Shown piece by piece: positions 51,391 to 64,000 of a stretch of 64,000 bases of DNA. Positions within the stretch are counted from its first letter, which is position 1. Every line of letters begins with the position of its first letter. A program made the position numbers and the translations under genes. The stretch comes from Escherichia coli (lineage in GTDB: Bacteria; Pseudomonadota; Gammaproteobacteria; Enterobacterales; Enterobacteriaceae). The stretch is taken from assembly GCF_003334255.1 (NCBI RefSeq), contig NZ_QOWU01000014.1; one strand, given 5' to 3'. The notes under the pieces are model-generated. The model was given only the letters and a program-made list of their open reading frames with translations. It searched no databases and was not told the origin of the DNA.

Positions 51391-51418
51391 AAGGCGACTG
51401 ATGAGTCGCCTTTTTTTT
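51391..51418 (+). terminator. rph terminator / pyrE attenuator
   Basis: aaggcgactgatgagtcgcc hairpin followed by eight T, between the rph stop and the pyrE start. Confidence 0.7.
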
Positions 51419-51450
51419 GTCTGTAGAAAAGTAAGATGAGGAGCGAAGGC

Positions 51451-52092
51451 ATGAAACCATATCAGCGCCAGTTTATTGAATTTGCGCTTAGCAAGCAGGT
51501 GTTAAAGTTTGGCGAGTTTACGCTGAAATCCGGGCGCAAAAGCCCCTATTTCTTCAACGCCGGGCTGTTTAATACCGGGCGCGACCTGGCACTGTTAGGC
51601 CGTTTTTACGCTGAAGCATTGGTGGATTCTGGCATTGAGTTCGATCTGCTGTTTGGCCCTGCTTACAAAGGGATCCCGATTGCGACCACTACCGCCGTGG
51701 CGCTGGCGGAGCATCATGACCTTGACCTGCCGTACTGCTTTAACCGCAAAGAGGCAAAAGACCACGGTGAAGGCGGCAATCTGGTTGGTAGCGCGTTACA
51801 AGGACGCGTAATGCTGGTAGATGATGTGATCACCGCCGGAACGGCGATTCGCGAATCGATGGAGATTATTCAGGCTAATGGCGCGACGCTTGCTGGCGTA
51901 TTGATTTCGCTTGATCGTCAGGAACGGGGGCGCGGCGAGATTTCGGCGATTCAGGAAGTTGAGCGTGATTACAACTGCAAAGTGATCTCTATCATCACCC
52001 TGAAAGATCTGATTGCCTATCTGGAAGAGAAGCCGGAAATGGCGGAACATCTGGCGGCGGTTAAGGCCTATCGCGAAGAGTTTGGCGTTTAA
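51451..52092 (+). CDS. pyrE: Orotate phosphoribosyltransferase
   Basis: ORF 51436..52092; start at [23 protein letters not shown] (213 aa). Confidence 0.9.
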
Positions 52093-52098
52093 AGAAAC

Positions 52099-52124
52099 TC
52101 GCCGGATGAAAAGTCATCCGGCGT
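52099..52124. terminator. Bidirectional hairpin between convergent pyrE and slmA
   Basis: cgccggatgaaaagtcatccggcg perfect inverted repeat. Confidence 0.5.
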
Positions 52125-52128
52125 CATA

Positions 52129-52725
52129 TTACTGCAACTGCGCGGCAATTAGCGGCCAGCGGGCGTCAAAATCATCCGTCGGGCGGTATTTAAATTCGCT
52201 GCGGACAAAACGTGACAGCATACCTTCACAGAAGGCCAGGATCTGGCTTGCCAGCAGGGTTTCATCGGTGGTGTAACCTTCACCCTCACGCATTCTCTTT
52301 TCACGCAATACCTGACGCAGCTGCGCTTCAATACGCTCGAACAGCTGGTTGATACGCCCTTGCAGGCGATCCTGTTCAAACATCAGCGCATGACCAGTGA
52401 GGATGCGGGTCAGGCCAGGATTACGCTCACCAAAACCGAGAAGCAGCAACACAATCAGACGCAGGCGCGCTGTGGTGTCTTTCTCATCTTTCAGAATCAG
52501 GTTGATGCGAGTAATCAGGCTATCTTCGATAAACTCAATCAGGCTATCGAACATGCGGGTCTTACTGGGGAAGTGGCGATACAGTGCCGCTTCGGAAACG
52601 CCGACAGAGGCGGCCAGTTTTGCCGTCGTGATACGTTGGCTTCCATCGCTGGATTCCAGCATCAGCGCCAGAGACTGAAGTATTTCCTCGCGACGGTTCC
52701 TTTTCGCAGTTTGTTTTTCTGCCAT
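52129..52725 (-). CDS. slmA: Nucleoid occlusion factor SlmA (TetR family)
   Basis: ORF 52129..52767 minus; start at [23 protein letters not shown] with TetR HTH. Confidence 0.85.
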
Positions 52726-52831
52726 GTTACAAAATACCCCTGAAAATAAGCACTTGCCAGGCGGCACCCACGCTATGACCGCAAACGAAATGTTTGCGGC
52801 TATGTTATGACGTTATTCGGATGCGTATGTG

Positions 52832-53290
52832 TTACTGACGACCAGAGTGACCAAAGCCGCCTTCACCGCGGTCGGTGGCGTCGAAATCTTCCACCAGATT
52901 AAATTCAGCCTGTACTACCGGAACAAAAATCATCTGGGCGATGCGTTCGCCAGGTTGAATGGTGAAGCTGTCCTGACCACGGTTCCAAACGGAAATCATC
53001 AACTGGCCCTGATAGTCAGAATCGATCAATCCTACCAGGTTACCAAGCACGATACCGTGCTTATGTCCCAATCCGGAGCGCGGCAGCATCATTGCCGCCA
53101 GTGAAGGATCGGCAATATGAATCGCCAGCCCGGTCGGAACCAGCGTAGTGTCACCCGGAGCCAGTTCTACGGCGTCGTCGAGACAGGCACGCAGGTCAAG
53201 TCCGGCAGAGCCAGAGGTGGCATAAGTCGGGAGCGGAAATTCCTTCCCAACGCGCGGGTCCAGAATCTTAACGTCGATTTTTTTCATCAT
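52832..53290 (-). CDS. dut: dUTP pyrophosphatase
   Basis: 152-aa [38 protein letters not shown]. Confidence 0.9.
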
Positions 53291-54488
53291 AACGGGTCAC
53301 GATCTCGTCGAGTAATAATTGGCCAAGGAGCTCTTTGCGCTCAAGCGGTAAGACTTTATCTCCGTCCTGCCAGAAAAGGTGTAATGCGTTGTTGTCGCTG
53401 TTAAATCCTTGAGTTGGCTGGGAAACATCGTTCGCGCAGATCAGATCAAGGTTTTTACGGATACGTTTTTGCCGGGCGTATTCTTCCACATTATTTGTTT
53501 CGGCGGCAAATCCAACGACGTAGGGTCGATGGTCTTTTAGTGCGGCAACGCCTGCGACGATATCGGGGTTTTTAACCATTTTTATTGTTAATTCATCACC
53601 CTGCGTGGCCTGCTTTTTGATTTTTTCTGGGGCCACGGTAGCTGCGCGATAATCCGCCACGGCGGCGCAACCGATAAAAATATTTTGCTGCTGTACAGAA
53701 GCATTCACGGCGGCTTCCATTTCCAGCGCGGTCATCACATCAACACGTTTAACAAACGGTGGCGTCGGTAGTGAAACCGGACCTGATACCAGCGTGACGT
53801 TCGCGCCACGACGGGCAGCGGCGGCGGCGATAGCAAAACCCATCTTGCCGGAGCTGTGATTAGAGATATAACGCACCGGATCGAGCGGTTCACGCGTCGG
53901 GCCGGCGGTAATCATAATGTTCAGATGTTTCAGGTCGTTGACGGGCGAAAAATGCGCTACCGCCATATCCACAATGGTTAATGGATCGAGCATTCGCCCT
54001 GGGCCGATATCACCACAAGCCTGACTGCCACTGTCTGGCCCCCAGATCAGCAAACCACGGGAAGCAAGCACCTCTAAATTATGCTGCGTGGCAGCGGCAC
54101 GGTACATCTGCTGGTTCATGGCGGGGAGCACGGCTACAGGCGCAGGTGTAGCCAGACAAATCGTCGATACCAGGTCATTCGCCATTCCGGCAGCAACACG
54201 GGCAATCAAATCTGCCGTGGCAGGGGCGAGAATCACTAAATCAGCCCATTTACCCAGCTCAATATGGCCCATAGCGGCTTCGGCTGCCGGGTCCAGCAGA
54301 CTGTCGGAAACGGGATAACCAGAAACCGCCTGCAAGCTAAGTGGGGTGATAAAGGCTTTTGCCGCTTCGGTCATGGCTACGCGGACGTCGGCCCCGCGAT
54401 CGCGCAAACGACGCACCAGTTCAGGGGTTTTATAGGCAGCAATACCGCCGCTAACGCCGAGAACGATTTTTTTACCGGCCAGGCTCAT
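53268..54488 (-). CDS. coaBC: Bifunctional phosphopantothenoylcysteine decarboxylase/synthetase
   Basis: ORF 53268..54560 minus; start at [28 protein letters not shown]. 3' end overlaps dut. Confidence 0.9.
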
Positions 54489-54659
54489 GATGATTTTTCC
54501 TGTTGGGTGACACCAGAAGTTGGCGATTTTATCACAATACTTTTGTTGTCGTGCCTTCACCTGAGATTCACTTTGCGAGGCTCTTTCCAGGATTGAAAAC
54601 TGGCCGTCGATTTAACGGAACGACTATGACAGGATGCGAGCACCACAAAGGAGGTGAAG

Positions 54660-55328
54660 GTGAAAAACAATGCACAGCTGTTGATGCCGCGCGAAAAAAT
54701 GCTGAAGTTTGGTATTAGCGCCTTAACGGATGTCGAGCTGCTGGCGCTATTTCTGCGTACCGGAACGCGCGGTAAAGATGTATTAACCCTGGCAAAAGAG
54801 ATGCTGGAGAATTTCGGCTCTCTTTATGGCTTGTTAACCTCTGAATATGAACAATTTAGTGGTGTTCATGGAATTGGCGTAGCGAAATTTGCCCAGTTAA
54901 AGGGGATTGCTGAACTGGCGCGACGTTACTACAACGTGCGGATGCGTGAAGAAAGCCCTTTACTCAGCCCGGAGATGACGCGGGAATTTTTACAAAGCCA
55001 GCTCACGGGTGAGGAGCGGGAGATCTTTATGGTGATCTTTCTCGACTCCCAACACCGGGTTATAACGCATAGCCGTCTTTTTTCCGGCACGCTAAACCAT
55101 GTTGAAGTCCATCCTCGGGAAATTATCCGCGAAGCGATAAAAATAAACGCCTCGGCGCTGATCCTTGCACATAATCATCCTTCGGGTTGTGCTGAACCCA
55201 GTAAAGCGGATAAACTCATTACTGAACGGATAATAAAGAGTTGTCAGTTCATGGATTTACGCGTGCTCGACCATATCGTGATTGGGCGTGGAGAGTATGT
55301 TTCTTTTGCCGAACGCGGCTGGATTTAA
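54660..55328 (+). CDS. radC: RadC-like JAB-domain protein (YicR)
   Basis: ORF 54654..55328; JAMM motif HNHPSG. GTG start assumed at 54660. Confidence 0.8.
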
Positions 55329-55523
55329 CCCGCTATGCGCGATCCTTCGGGATCTTTGTCTGTTCGGGACTTGAGCACATCGCTGAGTCAGCGTATACTA
55401 CGCCACCTTTGAGAATCTCGGGTTTGGCATTTGGGCCTGGCAATCGAGAGTTCACATAGAACTGCGATGACCGGGCTGTAAAGCCTGACGAGGCGCCAAT
55501 ACCCCATACGAAGCTCGAGCTAA

Positions 55524-55781
<258 letters not shown>

Positions 55782-55798
55782 GTACTTAGAGGAAATAA

Positions 55799-55969
<171 letters not shown>

Positions 55970-55991
55970 TTCTCGCTTTGATGTAACGAAA

Positions 55992-56017
55992 AACCTCGCT
56001 CCGGCGGGGTTTTTTGT
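55992..56017 (+). terminator. Intrinsic terminator after rpmG
   Basis: cctcgc-tccg-gcgggg hairpin followed by six T; the same 33 nt occur at 14076..14108. Confidence 0.65.
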
Positions 56018-56066
56018 TATCTGCTTACCCCCATATTGATTGCATCTGTTCATTCCTGGAGATGCT

Positions 56067-56876
56067 ATGCCTGAATTACCCGAAGTTGAAACCAGCCGCC
56101 GCGGCATAGAACCGCATCTCGTTGGTGCAACCATTCTTCATGCTGTGGTGCGCAACGGACGCTTGCGCTGGCCGGTTTCAGAAGAGATCTACCGATTAAG
56201 CGATCAACCAGTGCTTAGCGTGCAGCGGCGGGCTAAATATCTGCTGCTGGAGCTGCCTGAGGGCTGGATTATCATTCATTTGGGGATGTCTGGCAGCCTG
56301 CGCATCCTTCCAGAAGAACTTCCCCCTGAGAAGCATGACCATGTTGATTTGGTGATGAGCAACGGCAAAGTGCTGCGCTACACCGATCCGCGCCGCTTTG
56401 GTGCCTGGCTGTGGACCAAAGAGCTGGAAGGGCACAACGTGCTGGCCCATCTTGGACCGGAGCCGCTTAGCGACGATTTCAACGGTGAGTACCTGCATCA
56501 GAAGTGCGCGAAGAAAAAAACGGCGATTAAACCGTGGCTGATGGATAACAAGCTGGTGGTAGGGGTAGGTAATATTTATGCCAGCGAATCACTGTTTGCG
56601 GCGGGGATCCATCCGGATCGGCTGGCGTCATCACTGTCGCTGGCAGAGTGTGAATTGTTAGCTCGGGTGATTAAAGCGGTGTTGCTGCGTTCGATTGAGC
56701 AGGGTGGTACAACGCTGAAAGATTTTCTGCAAAGTGATGGTAAACCGGGCTATTTCGCGCAGGAATTGCAGGTTTACGGGCGAAAAGGCGAGCCGTGTCG
56801 GGTGTGCGGTACGCCGATTGTGGCGACTAAACATGCGCAGCGGGCAACGTTTTATTGTCGGCAGTGCCAGAAGTAA
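56067..56876 (+). CDS. mutM: Formamidopyrimidine-DNA glycosylase
   Basis: ORF 56040..56876; start at [13 protein letters not shown]; C-terminal zinc finger CRVCGTPI…CRQCQ. Confidence 0.9.
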
Positions 56877-56914
56877 TTCATGCGCGCCGGATGGCATACC
56901 ATCCGGCATAAACG

Positions 56915-58679
<1,765 letters not shown>

Positions 58680-59050
58680 AGTAAATAGCTGACTTATGGA
58701 TGTGCTGGGGATTCTATGTATTTAGCTGTGGCTTTACCATTACTTTTCCCGTTTTTGACTTAAATAGCAATTTACCCGCCAATTCTTGCTGAACATCTAT
58801 ACTTTTTTTGTATTTTTATGCGATTCATTGATTTCTGCTGTACGTGCAGGAAGGAATCGCAGAGCAACAGTGAAAGAATATGGTTGCTAATGATTTTATT
58901 TGATTGATTTCTTTATTGAAAATCAACAATGTGCTTAAAAATCATTCGGGTCGGATTGCCGCGAAAGAAGTGATACACTAGCGCGTCAATATCAGTGCGG
59001 TATCAGTATTCAGGTAGCTGTTGAGCCTGGGGCGGTAGCGTGCTTTTTCT

Positions 59051-59062
59051 GCTTCACCTTAA
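59051..59062 (+). promoter_or_regulatory. ops element within a JUMPstart-like sequence upstream of waaQ
   Basis: GGCGGTAGCGTG, exact match to the ops motif as I recall it, in the 5' leader of the waaQ operon. Confidence 0.6.
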
Positions 59063-59091
59063 TCGGATAATCTCAACAAAAAGAGTTACTT

Positions 59092-60150
59092 GTGGATAAG
59101 CCATTTCGAAGAATTTTGCTCATTAAGATGCGTTTTCATGGGGATATGTTATTAACTACTCCCGTCATTAGTTCGCTGAAAAAAAATTACCCTGACGCAA
59201 AAATCGATGTGCTGCTTTATCAGGACACCATCCCGATCCTGTCTGAAAATCCAGAGATTAACGCGCTCTACGGCATAAAAAATAAAAAAGCAAAAGCCTC
59301 AGAAAAAATTGCCAACTTTTTTCATCTCATCAAGGTATTACGTGCCAATAAGTATGACCTTATCGTCAATCTTACCGATCAATGGATGGTTGCTATACTG
59401 GTTCGCTTATTAAATGCTCGTGTGAAAATTTCCCAGGATTATCATCATCGGCAGTCTGCTTTTTGGCGTAAAAGTTTCACCCATTTGGTGCCGTTGCAGG
59501 GTGGAAATGTGGTGGAAAGTAACTTATCCGTGCTGACACCATTGGGACTTGATTCGTTGGTGAAGCAGACAACCATGAGTTACCCGCCTGCAAGCTGGAA
59601 ACGTATGCGTCGCGAACTTGATCACGCTGGTGTTGGACAAAATTATGTGGTTATCCAACCTACGGCGCGGCAAATCTTCAAATGCTGGGACAACGCCAAG
59701 TTTTCCGCTGTGATTGATGCCTTACATGCTAGTGGTTATGAAGTCGTTCTGACGTCCGGCCCGGATAAAGACGATCTGGCCTGCGTCAATGAAATTGCGC
59801 AGGGATGCCAGACGCCACCAGTAACGGCGCTGGCTGGAAAGGTGACCTTCCCGGAACTTGGTGCGTTAATCGATCATGCGCAGCTGTTTATTGGCGTTGA
59901 TTCCGCACCGGCGCATATTGCCGCTGCAGTTAATACGCCGCTGATATCGCTGTTTGGTGCGACAGACCATATTTTCTGGCGTCCCTGGTCAAATAACATG
60001 ATTCAATTCTGGGCGGGAGATTACCGGGAAATGCCAACGCGCGATCAGCGTGACCGAAATGAGATGTATCTTTCGGTTATTCCGGCGGCAGATGTCATTG
60101 CTGCTGTCGATAAATTACTGCCCTTCTCCACGACAGGTACGTCGTTATGA
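59092..60150 (+). CDS. waaQ: LPS core heptosyltransferase III (GT9)
   Basis: ORF with non-ATG start at 59092; true start may be 59116 or the ATG at 59128. Product matches WaaQ. Confidence 0.8.
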   Translation: MDKPFRRILLIKMRFHGDMLLTTPVISSLKKNYPDAKIDVLLYQDTIPILSENPEINALYGIKNKKAKASEKIANFFHLIKVLRANKYDLIVNLTDQWMVAILVRLLNARVKISQDYHHRQSAFWRKSFTHLVPLQGGNVVESNLSVLTPLGLDSLVKQTTMSYPPASWKRMRRELDHAGVGQNYVVIQPTARQIFKCWDNAKFSAVIDALHASGYEVVLTSGPDKDDLACVNEIAQGCQTPPVTALAGKVTFPELGALIDHAQLFIGVDSAPAHIAAAVNTPLISLFGATDHIFWRPWSNNMIQFWAGDYREMPTRDQRDRNEMYLSVIPAADVIAAVDKLLPFSTTGTSL

Positions 60151-61271
60151 TCGTTGCTTTTTGTTTATATAAATATTTTCCCTTTGGCGGTTTGCAGCGC
60201 GATTTTATGCGTATTGCTCAGACAGTCGCCGCCCGAGGTCATCATGTTCGGGTTTATACCCAGTCGTGGGAAGGCGAATGCCCTGATGTATTTGAACTGA
60301 TCAAAGTGCCGGTTAAATCGCATACCAATCACGGGCGCAATGCGGAGTATTTTACCTGGGTGCAAAAACATTTACGCGAACATCCCGTCGATAAAGTCGT
60401 TGGATTCAACAAAATGCCGGGGCTGGACGTTTATTATGCCGCTGATGTTTGTTATGCCGAGAAAGTAGCGCAGGAGAAAGGCTTTTTCTATCGCCTGACG
60501 TCACGTTATCGCCATTATGCCGCCTTTGAGCGGGCAACCTTCGAACAGGGCAAGCCGACACAGCTGCTGATGCTGACAGATAAGCAAATCGCCGATTTCC
60601 AGAAACATTATCAGACTGAAGCGGAGCGTTTTCATATTCTGCCACCGGGGATTTATCCTGATCGTAAATATAGCCAGCAGCCAGCCAATAGCCGTGAAAT
60701 CTTCCGTAAGAAGAATGGAATAACCGAACAACAATATTTATTGTTGCAGGTCGGTTCAGACTTCACGCGTAAAGGTGTCGATCGTTCCATTGAAGCACTT
60801 GCTTCTTTACCGGATTCGCTGCGCCACAACACATTGCTATATGTTGTTGGGCAGGATAAACCGCGAAAATTTGAGGCGCTGGCAGAAAAACGCGGCGTGC
60901 GCAGTAATGTTCACTTCTTCTCGGGGCGCAATGATGTCTCGGAATTAATGGCGGCGGCGGATTTATTACTGCATCCTGCCTACCAGGAAGCGGCGGGAAT
61001 TGTGCTGCTGGAAGCGATTACTGCAGGATTACCGGTACTAACAACAGCCGTTTGTGGCTATGCGCCTTATATTGTCGAGGCCAATTGCGGCGAGGCTATT
61101 GCTGAGCCATTCCGCCAGGAAACATTGAATGAGATTTTACGCAAAGCGTTAACGCAATCTTCATTGCGCCAGGCCTGGGCGGAAAATGCGCGACATTATG
61201 CTGATACACAAGATTTATACAGTCTGCCAGAGAAAGCGGCGGATATCATAACGGGTGGTCTGGATGGTTGA
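60147..61271 (+). CDS. waaG: LPS core glucosyltransferase I (GT4)
   Basis: 374-aa [46 protein letters not shown]. Confidence 0.9.
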   Translation: MIVAFCLYKYFPFGGLQRDFMRIAQTVAARGHHVRVYTQSWEGECPDVFELIKVPVKSHTNHGRNAEYFTWVQKHLREHPVDKVVGFNKMPGLDVYYAADVCYAEKVAQEKGFFYRLTSRYRHYAAFERATFEQGKPTQLLMLTDKQIADFQKHYQTEAERFHILPPGIYPDRKYSQQPANSREIFRKKNGITEQQYLLLQVGSDFTRKGVDRSIEALASLPDSLRHNTLLYVVGQDKPRKFEALAEKRGVRSNVHFFSGRNDVSELMAAADLLLHPAYQEAAGIVLLEAITAGLPVLTTAVCGYAPYIVEANCGEAIAEPFRQETLNEILRKALTQSSLRQAWAENARHYADTQDLYSLPEKAADIITGGLDG

Positions 61272-62061
61272 ACTTAAAGAGCCGTTTGCCACGTTATGGC
61301 GCGGTAAAGATCCTTTTGAGGAAGTTAAAACCTTGCAGGGTGAGATATTTCGTGAACTGGAAACTCGCCGTACTCTGCGCTTTGAAATGGCGGGAAAAAG
61401 CTATTTTCTCAAATGGCATCGCGGCACGACCCTGAAAGAGATAATCAAAAATTTACTCTCATTGCGGATGCCAGTATTAGGCGCAGACCGCGAATGGAAT
61501 GCGATTCATCGACTGCGGGATGTCGGCGTTGATACTATGTATGGGGTGGCATTCGGCGAAAAAGGCATGAATCCGCTGACCAGAACCTCGTTTATTATTA
61601 CCGAAGATCTGACACCAACCATAAGTCTGGAAGATTACTGTGCTGACTGGGCGACCAACCCACCAGATGTTCGCGTAAAGCGTATGCTTATTAAGCGTGT
61701 CGCGACGATGGTGCGCGATATGCATGCTGCGGGCATTAATCACCGTGACTGTTATATCTGTCATTTCCTGCTGCACTTGCCTTTTTCCGGTAAGGAAGAG
61801 GAGTTAAAAATTTCGGTAATTGACCTGCACCGGGCGCAGCTTCGCACGCGCGTTCCACGTCGTTGGCGCGATAAAGATCTTATTGGACTTTATTTTTCTT
61901 CGATGAATATTGGCCTGACTCAGCGGGATATCTGGCGGTTTATGAAGGTGTATTTTGCCGCTCCGCTTAAAGACATTCTCAAGCAGGAACAAGGACTGCT
62001 GTTGCAAGCAGAAGCAAAAGCCACAAAAATCAGGGAAAGAACGATTCGAAAATCGTTGTAA
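61264..62061 (+). CDS. waaP: LPS core heptose(I) kinase
   Basis: ORF 61255..62061; start at [20 protein letters not shown]. Confidence 0.85.
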   Translation: MVELKEPFATLWRGKDPFEEVKTLQGEIFRELETRRTLRFEMAGKSYFLKWHRGTTLKEIIKNLLSLRMPVLGADREWNAIHRLRDVGVDTMYGVAFGEKGMNPLTRTSFIITEDLTPTISLEDYCADWATNPPDVRVKRMLIKRVATMVRDMHAAGINHRDCYICHFLLHLPFSGKEEELKISVIDLHRAQLRTRVPRRWRDKDLIGLYFSSMNIGLTQRDIWRFMKVYFAAPLKDILKQEQGLLLQAEAKATKIRERTIRKSL

Positions 62062-62103
62062 CCCGTAACTTATTTTTGCCAAAATTTTGGATACAGAATA
62101 AAT

Positions 62104-63111
62104 ATGTCTCAACTCAATGATAGTGACATCATCCTTTTTGAGTATAATTTTCATTATCAAAATATAAGATCTAAAAATACTCTTGATATAGCATTTGGTA
62201 TTGACAGAAATTTTCTTTTTGGATGTGGTGTAGCCATCGCATCTATTCTATTAAACAATAGAGAAATCTCTTGTGAATTTCATGTTTTCACAGATTATAT
62301 CAGTGATAAAGACAAATTATATTTTTCTGATTTAGCAAAACAATATAATTCAAGAATTAATATTTATGTTATCAATTGTGATAAGCTGAAGTCATTACCA
62401 AGCACGAAAAACTGGACTTACGCAACATATTTTCGATTTATAATTGCAGATTATTTCTATCATAAACATGAAAAAATACTATATCTTGATGCAGATATTG
62501 CTTGCAAGGGTAGTATTAAAGAACTCTTAGATTATCAATTTTCTACTAATGAAATTGCCGCAGTTGTAGCTGAAAGAGATGTTGAATGGTGGCAAAATCG
62601 AGCCTCGGTATTAACTACACCACAGTTAGCTTCTGGATATTTCAATGCTGGTTTTTTACTGATAAATATTGATGAGTGGAATCTAAATAACATTTCGTCA
62701 AAAGCTATTGAAATGTTGCGTGACCCAGATTGGGTAAGTAAAATCACCCACCTTGATCAAGATGTACTGAATGTATTATTGAATGGTAAAGTGAAGTTTA
62801 TTTCGGAGAAATATAATACCCGATATAGTATTAACTATGAATTAAAAGACAAAGTTGATAATCCAGTCAATGATGACACCGTGTTTATACACTATGTGGG
62901 ACCTACAAAACCCTGGCATGAGTGGGCTGACTATCCGGTGTCACGTAGTTTTTTGATCGCCAAAGCAGCTTCTCCGTGGAGTAAAGAAGATTTACTTAAA
63001 CCTGTAAATAGCAATCAGTATCGGTATTGTGCAAAACATAAATTTAAACAAAAGCATTATATGGCAGGCATTTTTAATTATTTAAAGTATTATAAAGAAA
63101 AATGCTTCTAA
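62104..63111 (+). CDS. LPS outer-core alpha-1,3-glycosyltransferase, GT8 family (WaaI/WaaO-like)
   Basis: 335-aa ORF with GT8 N-terminal pattern …LDIAFGIDRNFLFGCGVAIASIL… and DxD region. AT-rich. Confidence 0.7.
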   Translation: MSQLNDSDIILFEYNFHYQNIRSKNTLDIAFGIDRNFLFGCGVAIASILLNNREISCEFHVFTDYISDKDKLYFSDLAKQYNSRINIYVINCDKLKSLPSTKNWTYATYFRFIIADYFYHKHEKILYLDADIACKGSIKELLDYQFSTNEIAAVVAERDVEWWQNRASVLTTPQLASGYFNAGFLLINIDEWNLNNISSKAIEMLRDPDWVSKITHLDQDVLNVLLNGKVKFISEKYNTRYSINYELKDKVDNPVNDDTVFIHYVGPTKPWHEWADYPVSRSFLIAKAASPWSKEDLLKPVNSNQYRYCAKHKFKQKHYMAGIFNYLKYYKEKCF

Positions 63112-63136
63112 AGATTTAAGGTTAAAATAATTCATT

Positions 63137-63844
63137 ATGATATATAATAAAACGATAAATGGGTTGAAAGTTTTCATAAAAGATAATGATCCCTTTTATG
63201 AGCAAGTTCTAAATGACTTTTTAACTTGCAGGGTTAAAACATTAAAAGTTTTTCGTTCTATTGATGATACTAAAGTCATTCTTATTGACACTGCTCGTGG
63301 ACCTCTTGTACTTAAAGTTTATGCGCCAAAGCATAAAATGACCGAACGTTTCTTAAAATCTTGCATAAAAAAAGATTATTATGAAAATTTAATTTATCAA
63401 ACCGATCGGGTACGTGGTGAAGGCATCCAATCAATTAATGACTATTTTTTGCTAGCTGAACGTAAAACATTAAATTTCGCTCATTATTATATTATGCTCA
63501 TTGAGTATATTGAAGGTGTCGGGTTAAATGAGTATTTGGAAATTTCTGAAGATCTGAAGGATCAATTATCAGAATCGATAAAAGAGTTGCATCAGCATGG
63601 AATGGTGTCTGGCGATCCTCATAAAGGAAATTTTATAGTATCCGAAAAAGGTTTAAGACTAATTGACCTTTCAGGTAAAAAAACAACCGCTGTTTTAAAA
63701 GCAAAAGATCGCATTGATCTTGAACGGCACTATAATATAAAAAATGAATTGAAAGACTTTGGCTATACATATCTTATATTCAAAAAGAAAATTAAAAAAG
63801 TAATCAGGGATGTAAAAGTCAAACTAGGATTGAAGAGCAAATAA
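63137..63844 (+). CDS. waaY: LPS core heptose(II) kinase, WaaY-like
   Basis: 235-aa ORF with kinase-like …LHQHGMVSGDPHKGNFIV…IDLSGK… resembling WaaY. AT-rich. Confidence 0.75.
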   Translation: MIYNKTINGLKVFIKDNDPFYEQVLNDFLTCRVKTLKVFRSIDDTKVILIDTARGPLVLKVYAPKHKMTERFLKSCIKKDYYENLIYQTDRVRGEGIQSINDYFLLAERKTLNFAHYYIMLIEYIEGVGLNEYLEISEDLKDQLSESIKELHQHGMVSGDPHKGNFIVSEKGLRLIDLSGKKTTAVLKAKDRIDLERHYNIKNELKDFGYTYLIFKKKIKKVIRDVKVKLGLKSK

Positions 63845-63868
63845 TGATTATGATGAAGGGTAATTAAA

Positions 63869-64000
63869 TTGGATTTTAAACATCTTACTCAATTTAAAGA
63901 TATAATTGAACTGGACAAGCGCCCCGTTAAACTTGATGAACGGGAAACGTTTAATGTCTCATGGGGTATTGATGAGAACTACCAGGTTGGGGCTGCGATT
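63869..64000 (+). CDS. Second GT8-family LPS outer-core glycosyltransferase, 5' part only (runs out of window)
   Basis: Frame from 63869 gives …ETFNVSWGIDENYQVGAAI, a GT8 N-terminal motif. No ATG in frame, so the start is uncertain. Confidence 0.45.
   Translation, partial: MDFKHLTQFKDIIELDKRPVKLDERETFNVSWGIDENYQVGAAI

Overview
The window is a conserved Escherichia coli-type chromosomal segment (reverse-complement of the usual K-12 orientation) running ibpA/ibpB through yid/glv, emrD, tisB-istR, ilvBN, uhpABCT, ade, selC, recG-spoT-rpoZ-gmk, rph-pyrE, rpmBG and mutM to the start of the waa LPS-core cluster. Gene identities come from recognising the translated ORFs and from motifs read directly in the sequence; no database search was run, so starts chosen to match remembered protein N-termini are approximate. 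Nearly every gene is intact and in the expected order; I see no CRISPR array, prophage, integrase or obviously novel multi-gene system. The main departures from a plain core region are: (1) the window opens inside an IS1 element that truncates ibpA; (2) the glv locus pairs an intact PTS EIICB transporter with a broken 6-phospho-alpha-glucosidase; (3) the SOS-controlled tisB/istR type I toxin-antitoxin module, invisible to the ORF track; (4) an unoccupied selC tRNA island-integration site; (5) an AT-rich outer-core LPS block (waaP, GT8, waaY, GT8), an arrangement I recall as R3-type rather than K-12-type; (6) a 33-nt terminator module present identically after istR and after rpmG. rph is full length, so this is not an MG1655-like K-12.
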